A DNA stretch of 64,000 nt from contig OZ287706.1 in assembly GCA_965649825.1 (NCBI GenBank), forward strand, positions 558,001 to 622,000, in the 5' to 3' direction. The position numbers and the translations under genes were made by a program. This document shows positions 1 through 11,213 of the stretch, piece by piece. The notes under the pieces were generated by a model, which saw nothing but the letters and a program-made list of their open reading frames with translations, had not been told where the DNA came from and did no database searches. The DNA comes from Penicillus capitatus. Its lineage: Eukaryota; Plantae; Chlorophyta. Positions within the stretch are counted from its first letter, which is position 1, and each line of letters starts with the position of its first letter.

Positions 1-9
1 GCTGTTCAA

Positions 10-1476
10 ATGTCTGACACTCAAGACGATTGTACGGGTCAGATCACGACCGCCACTTCTGCACCAAAGACGCTCCTTTGCTCGCATCTCATACAGGAGA
101 ACAGCAATGAACCCGTCGCCTGTCTGCGATATAATGGCACCGCTCCAGAGTTTTATCATCTGTTTGCCGCCGCCGGCGGCCGTCAGGTGGGAAGAATCAG
201 CTGAAGGCGAAGTCATGTTGTGATCTGTGGGTTAATCAGGTTACGGTGTACGATGATGCTCACCTCGGCGGGTATCTTCGAGTGGTCATGCAGTTATTGA
301 ATGTCGAGACGACAGAGACGAAGGGAGGGGTAAGAACAGAAGCCGTAGCTGTACGTACGTACCACGTGCTCGTCATAGGGACTGCATTGCTGCGCGTGGC
401 TTTTGGAAACGGAGACGAATTTCGCCTATCTGGTCCCTTGACCAGTCTATGGTCTTTCTATGTGAAGCTTGTGTTAGGCAGTTGCCGGCGAAGATCCCAA
501 CATCACGATCATCAGTCTGGCCGATTCCGCCGTCGTATCTCTGCTGAGAGGTATGGTTGACAAGAGAGCGCGCAGAATGTGTTTCTTCGATGGCAGGCCA
601 CGAAGATGAAGTCGTAGCCTTGGAAGCAGCCCCAGTTTACGGCGGCCGATGTCTCGTCGCCTCTCTCGATGTCTGCGGCGTTCTGAAGATTTGGGATGTG
701 TTTCAGAGCAGATGTCTTTACACCATGGCTTCAGATATACGCACCATGGTAGATGTTCGTCACCCTCTGTCGATCCACCTTCCGAATGTCTGCTGTGAAG
801 ATTTATCATCGAGAGAAACAGAGCATCATTGCCAGCAGTCAGAATTCGGTGTTGTGCTTGGAGCTGCAACAAGAAACGACGTCATCTGATGATCTCGCTG
901 TCCGTACATCGACTCTGCCGTTGCCCGGGGAACTGCAGTCAGAGATGAACGGCTCAGAGATCAATGCCTTTCACCATGTCTCAAGTCGGCTGACTTCTGG
1001 TAAACCTATACAGGCTGAGAGATGCTTCTGGTTGTTCAGTGAATGTTCTGGCGATATGCTTGAACAATGGCACGGTACATCTCCTGAAGTATGATGATAG
1101 TGGTCGCACACATGTTCATGTCACGATTGACCAACAGAAAAGCGTGTCATGGGCGACGACGCGTTTGGGGGACGTTTTGTGTCTCGGTTTGCCAAAACAA
1201 GAAGATTCGAACAACACCGACGTGTGGGCTGCTTTAGGCAGCGATGATGGAGCGGTGAAGATTTATGATGTGACCTGTGGAGAGGAAATCGCATGCCTCG
1301 AAGTGCCTCAGCGGCTGAAGGGCGTTGTCCATGCGTGTGCACTGTCAGCCGATCACATGACAGTTCTGGTCGCTGTCTCGACTGGTTACATATGTCGCTT
1401 TGAGTACCAAATGCACAGAAATCAGACGCAAGCGACAAATCTGGAAAGAGCACCTCAGACGACTCTCTCCTCATGA
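10..1476 (+). CDS. Multi-exon WD40-repeat protein, distantly EED/FIE-like
   Basis: Spliced peptides HLFAAAGGRQ|VTVYDD (intron 187-239), LHCCAW, AVAGEDPNITIISL, GHEDEVVAL...LKIWDV and ALGSDDGAVKIYDV are WD40 blades. The N-terminal order resembles EED/FIE (FATVGGNRVTLY...YTCAW...AVAG...GH). Internal exon boundaries are only partly resolved. Confidence 0.6.
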
Positions 1477-1942
1477 GTATCGAGCGATATGCATGTCGAA
1501 GAAGCCGTACTCGTCTAGTCAATACCTGGTACACTTGACCTAACGTGCAGATCTCTCCACTTCGAAGCACGGGCGGCTACATGTGCCACTCTAGATGGAC
1601 GAATCCATCCGTTTTTGCATAGTGTTTTCTGATGCGCGTCTGCTGGTAGACACAACGTGGTCGACTGATAGCACCTCTGATCTGTAAGTGATGTGTCCCT
1701 TCGATTGACCCCAATGACGACATCTCTCTTTACGGTGTTGTTGCTTCGCTGCCAGATGCACACGTAAAGCCATTTGTCCGGCCGATGCTTCGGATAGGGC
1801 TGTCATTTTTGGCAGTGAATCAATGTGGGCCGTCCTAGTGCCGCCGTCGTACAATGTCTTGACCACTTTAGCCTCTCATTCACATCGCTATTTGCTTTGT
1901 TCCAGACGTGCGCGTCTGGGAAGTGTCGCTTTTGACATTGAC

Positions 1943-2356
1943 ATGTGGAAACCTCTGCTGTTCCCCGTTCTCCTTCTATGGACCGTGGCGTCCGTCCGTT
2001 CACAATCCCTCTGTCTGAAGTCGACCGTCGTGCTGGACAGAAGCGAATGGGGCGTTCCGGAGTACTACATCAAATGCGACAACGGTGTCTACCTGGCTTT
2101 ATCGGCGTCAAAAGACCGGCGAGTGATTTACGATCCGCCTCTCTGTCTGGAAGGCGACATACAAGCAAGCATAAAACTGAAGTGCTCCATCTACGAGAAC
2201 GATGTTTTCTTTGACGACTATCTGGGAAGCTTTGAAATCGCGGACTGGGATACTATGGAAACGGATAAATCTGTGGACGTCACTGTGGAGGACAGCTTCA
2301 TCGTGGAGGTGCAATCCTGCACCTGCGAAGAGCTGCGAAGAAAGAAGACGACTTAG
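1943..2356 (+). CDS. Small secreted protein with C2-domain-like motif
   Basis: Intronless ORF from ATG 1943. It has a hydrophobic signal peptide (MWKPLLFPVLLLWTVASVRS) and the motif IYENDVFFDDYLGSFEI, resembling the C2 D-x-D...DD-x-LG loop. Confidence 0.5.
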   Translation: MWKPLLFPVLLLWTVASVRSQSLCLKSTVVLDRSEWGVPEYYIKCDNGVYLALSASKDRRVIYDPPLCLEGDIQASIKLKCSIYENDVFFDDYLGSFEIADWDTMETDKSVDVTVEDSFIVEVQSCTCEELRRKKTT

Positions 2357-3204
2357 CAGCAACTGGCTGCCTGTCGAGAAGGAAACACTTATGAATCGCT
2401 ATTCGCTTTGTGATTTTGGTTCCCGGCGTCAGATTCACAGTGTTCAACATTGATGTTGTGGGATTCGGAAGGATGATATGTTGCAAGGAGGTATCCTCTC
2501 ACAAACTGTCGCCTTTCGTTGCTGCTTTCTCTTATCGAACACGGGTCTGCGTATTTGCTAAACGAAGGAGTGAACTTTACTCGATGGAGTTCGAGCTCTC
2601 GCACAGCTGGCGACGAGCATAGTGCGTTTGGGTCGTGCATGAGATGAGCACCGACTGCGTCCCTTATCAACTGATTGGCCTGTCCGTTCCTGCGCACAGT
2701 GTCTCGAAGATGCAAGAGGCGCGACCGTCGATACCAGAATACCGTCTTGCACAGTAACCTCTTTCGCCCAGCCCATCACTTTCCATGCCCGTGGGCGGTC
2801 GCCTGTTCGATGATCGGTGTGCATGAGATTGTCAGGAGTGAAAAGCGAAAGAGTGGCGAGTAGCAGGTACGGCTACTTCAACGGACTGCTGTTCTCCTAA
2901 CCTTTTTTATCTTGTACAACAAGCAGACGAATCGTCATATGTGTCCTACCGCGCCATCGACCATCTTTACCAGCGGTCGCTGGATGCACGGAGACTTTTC
3001 AAACGGCTTCCCGAGGCGAGGAAAGAAGATCGATACCCGAATCGGCACAGTTTTGCGACAGGGAGGAATTCTCTGGGTCCGAACAACAAGCTCAAAATAG
3101 AACCAGACTTTGAAGAGCTTCTCATGTGATCGGCGTAATCGACTACATTCTGACTTTGACGCAGCCTGTTCGCACAGCCGCGTTTAGACAGTAGACTGCG
3201 GTGT

Positions 3205-5498
3205 ATGGCGAAAATGGGCTTAACGCTCACAACGCTCCTTCTTTGCTTGTTGCTTTCTGCGCCCTGCCTCTCGTTCGCCCGCTCAGGTGTCAGCGCCGTC
3301 AGCAAGATAGATGCCTTCCGACCCGATGATGGTCTGTGGATTTTAGACTCCGGTGGACGCCGCGACTTGACGTCTCCCCTCGGCTTGGGAGCCCGGAAGG
3401 CCCTGTCCTTGACACACGGCTCGGGGCGAGATGCGAATACATTATGTCCTATACTGGAGGGCGCGAAAGGCAGATTCCCTTACCTCTGCAGTCTTCGCAT
3501 GCCCGGGAGCGGAAATCACGTCTGCGGCGCCACGCTTGTTGGCAACCGATGGGTCATGACGGCGGCGCACTGCATCGATCCAACCTACCCAAATTCGGTC
3601 GGCTGCTATCCAGTCATCCACTGCGACATTGACCAGATCGACGCCATATCCGACGAGAAAGTAACACAAGCACCGACGAGGCACAAGATGGTGACCCCAT
3701 TGTATTGGCCTCCCGTTGTAGACGTTCACTGTCGAAGAGGCCTACATCCACCCTGCATGGACAGGGAAAATCTCAGGGGGATCCGACATCGCCGTCCTCA
3801 AGCTCGACAAAGAAGCAGACGTGGAAATGCCACGACTCTTCCGAGACGGGATGTACTACGGCACAGAGACTCAGATGGTGACGCCCGGATGGGGTGTTGG
3901 GAAACAGCATAGGCAGTGTGGCATCCAAAGCAATATCCCTCTCCGCTGGGTCGCCAACAATCAATGCCCGAAGCAGTTGCAGATCGTCCCTAAGAACAGC
4001 TGGCTCTGTTTCTGTGAAGGCAAGAAAAAGGACAGAACAGGTACAGGACAGAATTCTGTGCATCTGATGGTATGGACGTCTGCGTCGTTTTAGGTCTAGA
4101 GGGAGCTCCCCTTGTTATGGCTGATTGGCCTTATGATGATCTGGGCAAGGGATACCCATCAGAGGATCTGATTGTCGGTGTCATGTCATTTGATCCCCCT
4201 TACCCAGTCTGCGGCCAGTGCTCCATTCATACCAGTGTGTCCTATTACAGAGACTGGATAACGAAAACGATGGCAGAATCGATTTCGCCGACCAAGTGTT
4301 TGCCGAAGCCCAAGATGACGCCCTTCTCAACAGAACACGATGAAGGCTGCGAGCCGCCTTACGAGGTAGATTCCATCCGTCCCTTACCATCGTGTTGCCC
4401 GATCTTCGACTGAATTCGATCGATCACTCTACGACGGCGATGCCGATTTCATGCACCTCGTGCGTTTCTGATGCTCGACTGCACTCGTGCTTTGTTTGCA
4501 GTTTTGCGAGACGCCTAAGGATGTCCCCGCCGTGTGGAAACCAATAACGATCCCGACGTTCACATGTGATACTTCCAAACCACGGGAAGCGTGCGGTACG
4601 TGCGCCCACCTGCGTCTAGCGCCTTCGCATTTGCTTGTGATTCCAGGAGACCCCGGTGTCGATGGACAGACCTGTCTTAGCCTTGACTGCTGCTGGAGTC
4701 CCTTGGAAGAAGATTCGACAGAGGCGTGGTGCTTTAAACCGACACCAGGGGCGGAATCGACGACGTCTCCGACGCTCTCGAGCGAAGGCTTCTCCTGCAA
4801 TCCTCAGGCAACCTTCCTCAACGCTTGTGGTAAACGATCTGTTCGAAGCCTTGCTCGCGTTCAAAGAGTTTCCAGGAGACTCTGGGTTCCAGAAAGAGCA
4901 GTGTGAGGCCAAGGGCTGTTGCTGGTCGGAGCGTAAAGATGGCAAACCGCAGTGCTTCTTCAAGAACGCCGGATTTAAGTACTGCGCTGAACAACTCTAT
5001 CGAAGCCCCTGTGGTAGGTATTCTGGCGGCGGCGTTCCTCGACGGTGATGTTTTCTGTGGGATCGGACAGGCAACAAAGACACTACTAAGGCTGAATGCG
5101 ACTCGCGTGGCTGCTGCTGGAACAAAATGGATAACGGTCCAAGTTGCTTCCACAAGAACTCGAATATGGAACAGTTCTTCTGCCGAGTCCCCGGCATGTT
5201 CCGCAAACCGTGCGGTGAGCTCGCTCCCTTACTGACGCACAGTATGAGATATGGCGGCGTTAAGGTGGTGTAGGGAACGAGGTTTCGAACAAACAGGCTT
5301 GTGAAACGTCGAAATGCTGCTGGTGGCCGCTGGCAGATGGCGTCTCGGGTCCATGGTGCTACAAACCGTCGATCTCGATTCCTCCTGCAAACACGAATAC
5401 ACTCCCTCGCTATCCAGGTGAGACAACGGACAGCTGCGTCGAACGACGCTTCAAGTGAAGAAGGCGCAAGCTCATCGTTCTGTGCAGTCGTGGTGTAG
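3205..5498 (+). CDS. Secreted trypsin-fold pseudoprotease (Ser195->Glu) followed by four trefoil (P-type) domains
   Basis: Signal peptide, HVCGATLV, TAAHC and SDIAVLKL are present; the nucleophile motif reads GLEGAPL after splicing. Four CG...C...CCW...(W)C[FY] trefoil units follow. Introns: 3661-3721, 4041-4093, 4366-4501, 4596-4646, 4830-4875, 5014-5070, 5215-5273. The last exon is uncertain (stop at 5498 if spliced, 5458 if not). Confidence 0.85.
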
Positions 5499-5989
5499 GG
5501 AGTGGCATTTGACAGAGCGGCGGCGGACGCAACGAAAACGCACCGCCGCCGCAGTGCCTGCTCACATTGTCTCGTTTTTTGTCGTTGAAGATTCCGTTTA
5601 TGAGGAGTGCGTGCTCCTAGAGGCTGGAGAGAACTGTGTGTGGAACATTTCGCATGCAGAAACGTTTTTTGAGCTTTGTCACGGAGCAAGAAGTTGGGTA
5701 CAGATTTCAAGATGCTATATGCACTCCTTCGGGTCAGTAGCGTACATGCTGTTGTTACTCTGAGTTGGTCGTTTTACACGATCCAGACTGTCTACAGCTT
5801 TTTTCGTTTCTGTCGTCCCCTTCAATTGCTCCACGCCGCCGTCAACCTCATAGAGAGTGCCTCTCGTGATATCTGAACTCACGCAAAGCGAGTCTCCCGC
5901 TTCTAACCGTGGCAGAAACGACTGTTGCCGGTATCGAGGTTAAGGGCGACAGTCGGTCTTCCGTGTGTGGTGGGTAACGAAAATGACAA

Positions 5990-6830
5990 ATAGCCAATTC
6001 GCAGAAACGAAGAGAGAGATGAACGAAGTGACCGAAAGGGTTTGTGCGTCGACTGCAGACCATGAGACATGCTTCGGAACGATGTGTTTTTGAACGGCAG
6101 TTACTTCGTGACTGGAGAGATGCTGATTGAAACCTCTCACTTCTGTTTCGACATCTGAAGGCGGAGCAGCCAGTGTCGAAGGCGAGGACCGATAGCAGGG
6201 ATGGCTGACCGATCCATTGCCTTTCGAAGTATCGAATAACCTCTTCCGTAAAGACACATTCTCCAGCAGTTGAGTAACCTATCGCATCAGGACGCGCCTG
6301 TCGCAAAGAGAACTTGTCGATGAGAGACCAATTACCAGTGAGGTGCTACAAACTTGTCCGCCTCAACTAACATGTCAAAAGAAAATGCAATTCATGCTCT
6401 TCGGAGGGAGGAAGATCCAACTAGAAGGGCAGCCGGATTAGAACATGTAGAGAGAGTTTTCTTCCTCGGACCACACTTAATGCTTCCGGCGGAGTTCGAA
6501 TGTGGTTTCTGTCGCAGGCCACGTCTCACAGAACAGCGAATTGTTGAATGCCTATGTTTTAAGCAGTCGTCTTTGTGGCATTTTCGGCTACTCACGCGCC
6601 CATCGAGCGTCAACTTCCACAAGCCAACTTATACTAAACGGGATAGAAGCAGTCATAGCATTCATCGGCAACCAAATTAACTTGGCTGGCAGCAAAGAGT
6701 TTTCTGCATTACCCACAACACCTTGCAGCAGATAGAGGCTCCTAGTTTGCGTCCTGTCTACAAAGACGTGTGAGCAAGTTATGTACTGTCCCAGGACTGC
6801 AAACGAATGATCAGCCAACACCGTCTGAAA
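5990..6830 (-). pseudogene. Possible decayed Mutator/MULE-like transposase remnant (copy A)
   Basis: Minus-strand peptides EEVIRYFERQWIGQPSLLSV and RCRNRSERFQS resemble the MULE YF..W.G and RTNNxxExFH motifs. The region contains stops and frameshifts. Pattern recognition only. Confidence 0.3.
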
Positions 6831-7106
6831 GAAGAGGATTCATTTTGCAACGAAACAGCAAACCCCCTTCGAGATTTACACTCTGCAACTCGGGAAGAAG
6901 CAACGACGAGGACTTAAAGCACTGACGTAGAGATTCTGGAGCGCTGAATGACATGTGTGTATGCTAGCACACCTGTAAACACAGAGCAGAGCTTGCTGTC
7001 GATAGAGAACCACGGTTCACGTTGCGCGACGGCGGCGCACGCGACGGATACGAAAGCAATTCTTTAAAACTCTGTTTTCGGCGACAAAAAGAATCAAAGG
7101 GCAAGA

Positions 7107-7365
7107 GGACAAAAGTTTTTGTCCGGGCGGTGACTCCATCGTCGGCCCCCGAACTGGCTCGACGTTGTCCTTTCCCCGCCGTAACCCATCCAACTCGGCG
7201 CGGGCTCGCCAGACACATCCGGGTCAACTCTGATGGGACTACCCTCCTCTGTGTCCGGCGCAGGAATCGAACCCCCGCGGTCGTACTTCTCGAACTGGCC
7301 AACTGCACCATCCGCATACGGGTCGATCCCCACGGTCGAAAAGTTGCCGACCCCATCGTATGCCC
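7107..7365 (-). ncRNA. Candidate Pol III structured RNA, copy A (unidentified family or tRNA-derived element)
   Basis: A box TGGTGCAGTTGG (7310-7299) and B box GGTTCGATTCC (7273-7263). The core differs from copy B at only 2 positions over 259 nt. It ends in the GGACAAAAACTTTTGTCC palindrome containing a T4 run. Confidence 0.55.
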
Positions 7366-8941
7366 GCCCGTGACGACTTCGCTGACGACTCTTGTCGACG
7401 ATTTTGGTTGCACCTGTTTGCGAAGCTGTCACCTAAGCAGGCTGTTGCTGAGAGTTTCGTCCTACTGCACTGCGTCCACAGGCACTTCCACGTTGACCTG
7501 AATGGATAAACTCTACTAGCTCTTCGTTGCACGGTCAATTTGACTGAAATTTGAACGATATCCTTGCCCATCGGTTGACGGAGCTTGTTGATTGAGCCTG
7601 TTATCCGCTTCTGATAGTCAAGAACAGCCTTCTAATAAAAGCTTCAATCACCCGTAAACTCTTCAACCCACTCTGGCATGCACCTCGACAGCTCGTGGCC
7701 TTCCTGTCAGACGTCGCACAAAGGTGGAAGTAACGAGGAAGACGCTGGGGATAACGACTGGTTGCTTTTATTAAACATTGAATCTGTCCTAAACCACTCT
7801 TCCGATGTTCGACTTAAAAGGGATGTAATCCACGCCAGTTGTATACATCCAGCGTATGGAGATAGTAGACGAATGGAGAAAAGCAACTGCGGCGAGAAGT
7901 AACAAACGGTAAGTACCGCGGATGCGAGGGCTATTGCGTTTTCTCGTCTCTTGTGGTCTCCCCCGAGTTAATAAACTTTTCAAATCGCGTGTCTCTCGTA
8001 AACGACGATATGATTCCACTCGGCGTCGTCGCGTTGTCTATGTACAAAGAGACGCCTCTGTTCCGACGCCGAAGCAAGAAAGAAATCTGTTGATACGAAA
8101 CTCGACCAGCCGTACGTTTGCGCACACCTCGCAAACGCAACGTTCGCTGCCGGAACCGCAGCGCCGACGGCATGTGCCAGGTCGTCATGCGCTCAGAATC
8201 ACGAGAACACAACCGCGCCTCGCAGACGGACACGTTGAGACCAGAACATCCGAATTCCTCATATGCATGCACCACCGCACCCCGTTTTTCCTCGAGCGTG
8301 CGCAGCGAGACGGCGAACTTTGCAAGCTGGCAGGCAACCCTTTTACGGCACGGTATTCTGCGAGATAGCTTGTCTGAGGCTGCGGCAGAATGCCGTTGTG
8401 CTTCTAAGACGCGTCGACGATAAAAAATCAACTCCAGAGGCGAACCCGCGGCGCAGACGGCAATGAAGAAACAGACAGATGCTGACGTTGTTTCCGTGTC
8501 GGGTGGCAACCTTCGCGCCACTGCTCAACAAAGAAGCCGGACAAGTCACCGCGACGAATCGCGTTGCGTCGGTATTCGCCCTTTCTTCTCGCCTGCTGAC
8601 GCACTGGACGATTTCCGCTGCGGAGCGTCTCTACTTTTAGCGAAAAGACGTCCGTTCTGAGCGCGGATTGACACAGATGGGGTCTTCTGCTACGAAGACA
8701 CCGTCACTGTTGACACAGACAGATTCCTCTAAGAGGACGCCTGGCTGCCAAAATCGGCAAACGCGAGTTCGGAACAGCGTGGCGGGCAGTACTCGGGCGC
8801 ATATAAAAGCGCATGCCGACCCAGTCTGGACAGTGAACGTATTTACCTGAGTTCGATATTTCTAGTTCTTGTCTGCCCAGTCTGTTCGTCGTTTTTGTGT
8901 GGTCAGAGAAGCGTCCGTCAGAACAGCGATTCCAAGTCAAA

Positions 8942-9952
8942 ATGCATTCGAAAGCCGTCGCGGTTCTCTGCTTGTTGTTGTCGATTCAAGCCTACGCAGT
9001 ACGTTTCTACGTTTTGGAGTGACCGTTTCGACGTCGCGGTTTACAGGCACGGGATTATGCAGTGTTTGTGAGACGGTCCTTGAAACAGAGCGAAGCGAGT
9101 GTCAGCGTCGGTAGGGAGGCCTCTAGTCAACAAGGAGGAAGTGCCGACGGCGGCGCCAGTGCCATAGTGCATCTCGATGGACCCGGCTCCGTCAGTGCTT
9201 CTGCACGTGGAAGTTCCATGAGCGTGATTCGCGTCAGGAGCATGTTTACCAGAGAGACAATCAGAGCCGTCAGAAACGTGATGAACGGCGGAGACGCGCT
9301 TGCCGAGGCCGAAATCAGGGCATCCGCTTACGCTGAGGCCGTCGCCGAAGCCCTCTCCGAGACTGTTGTCGGAATTAGTTCGACTGGACCGGGTGGCAGT
9401 GCCTGCGCGACGGCCGCAGTTGACGCCGAGGCTTCCGCTTCGACGTTCGCACGTGTTCTGATTGAAGTGCGTCGACATGTTCGTTCGTTCTTTTGCTCTG
9501 AGTGTCGTCGTCTGTTCGATAGGTGCTTGCTCGAGCTTCGAATGACATCTCCTTTGCCGACGCAGAGGGCGCCATCGATGCAATGGTTTCTGTGACGGCT
9601 AGTGCATTTGCCGAAGCCGATTCCCAGGCATGCGGTTCTGGCGAATTCAGCGCAACCACGTTCGTCAGCGCTTTGTCGTCGGCCCTCGCGCAGCCGTACA
9701 TCGACGTTTGCGCTCTGGCCTATGCAATGGTGATGCCAGGAGCCGCAGTGGCAGACATCCTTGTCACGGCAAACAACGGCGTCCTGCAAGTGACTACCAC
9801 TACCGACGTCTATCGAAACCCAGTTGTTGGAGGTCCAGGAGACGGTAAGCGTATATAACTTCGATCGCCATTAAGGATTTTTCGATTTTCCTGTAGTTAC
9901 TGCCACTTCAGAAGGCAAAGGTACAGCTAACACCGAAGAAACTGGACGTTAG
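8942..9952 (+). CDS. Secreted Ala/Ser-rich protein, paralog of 43461-44419
   Basis: Signal peptide MHSKAVAVLCLLLSIQAYA and an RRSLKQ propeptide-like motif. Introns 8999-9046, 9467-9522 and 9845-9896 lie at positions equivalent to those in the paralog. Confidence 0.8.
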
Positions 9953-10237
9953 ACGGATCATAGTCTATTCTTCAAGTGATCCACGTTTGAGCGGGTCTCA
10001 GTACTTTCTTTTTTCGTTTCAATGTCAGCCTGATAGGACTCTGCGATATGATAGAGTCATTGTGCGGAGAAAACGTAAACGAGGGATCGACATTATTGCA
10101 GCAATAGCTGGTATTGTCTTTAGTTGTACTCACAAGTTCGTCTCTCTGTTATTGTCGTCATCGATTGATCGTAAGCTGCCAGTATGAGCAGCAAACGAAC
10201 GGCCCTTTAACAGCGCATTTCAGCACCGCTGTGCGTT

Positions 10238-11213
10238 TTGGCGTCGAGACGACGATGCCGCGTCTATTTCGCGTTTTTCACGACCACGATCCCTCTCTCT
10301 TCACTTCATGCAACCAGCTTCGCCAGAAGGCCTAGAAGCAGATTTGCTGACGTAGCCGAGACGAGGCCTTCCAACAACGCCAACCCACCAAGGTGTGATT
10401 GCGATACTGCAGATTCTGCGTTGCGATGCTTCGGCTGCGGCGGCGCCGACGACATCCTCAGAAGGAAACCCCGTTGAGGACTCGCCAGTCCCACGCTTCT
10501 CGGTCGCGGCGACGAAGCAATTGACAAAAGCGACGCGTGCCATGCGATCCTACGGGTGGTTCGAGTTCTGGTGCCAGTTGACACTGGGTGTCACATCCGG
10601 CTTCGTCCTGCTGTTCTCCATCGCTTTCACAGCACAGGTCACTCTTTCTGCAACATGAGATGGAAGAGAATTCGTTGTGTCTGCTCAGGTGGGACCGAGT
10701 CTCTCCCTTTACTTGACGGCAGTGGGCGTCGCTGCGACGTTTATCTCGTGCTTCCAGTTCTTTGCAATGGTGCGTACATCGCGTCGCATGCGCAACTACC
10801 TGGAAGCACCGCCTGGAGTTACCGTCCGGAAGATCTCCAAAGAGATGGTGGGCGTGCGTGACGCGATCCTTCGTCGTTGATCGGCGTCCTGACGTGTTTA
10901 GGTTCTCAATTCCGTCTCGCAATGCCTGGCCACGTCGATCGCTGGTCTCAGTTGCACGATCGTGGCTATGCAGTCCCTCGTAGGACTGCTCTTGGCGAAG
11001 ACGCTGACGAACTCGACGGCCAATCCGTTCGTGGCGACCAGCAATCCGGCCGCGTGGAATCCAGTTCTCGCCATCGACGTCTTCTTGCTGCAGTCTTCGA
11101 CCAACACCATTCTCTCGCACACCATCGGCTCCATGATCTGTCTCTGGCTCCTAGTCAAGTTGCGAAATCGTACGCTGTGGGAGGCCCTGTTCGGTATGGC
11201 CAAGCCAAAGTGA
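10238..11213 (+). CDS. TIC21: Chloroplast inner-envelope protein TIC21/PIC1 (DUF3611)
   Basis: Diagnostic peptides YGWFEFWCQL, MQSLVGLLLAKTLT, NPVLAIDVFLLQSSTNTILSH. Introns 10638-10688 and 10848-10901, probably also ~10352-10412. The start codon is unresolved. TGTAA lies ~60 nt after the stop. Confidence 0.85.

Larger units (their letters stand above)
5990..7430. repeat. Dispersed repeat copy A (~1.4 kb), inverted relative to 36780-38330
   Basis: Direct comparison shows high identity over ~6200-7340 and fading identity at both ends. The same shadow ORFs occur on opposite strands (e.g. MSASTNMSKENAIHAL at 6354+ and 37954-). Confidence 0.95.

Noticed and set aside
6678-6680. TAA in copy A aligned to CAA in copy C as a sign of TAA/TAG=Gln
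   Set aside because: VPS13 (>2700 codons), pol and other conserved genes contain no in-frame TAA/TAG. The simplest reading is a C->T mutation in decaying DNA.
7931-8549. Minus-strand 196-aa and 68-aa ORFs
   Set aside because: No recognisable motif and no convincing splice chain. It may be a real gene, but the sequence alone does not support it.
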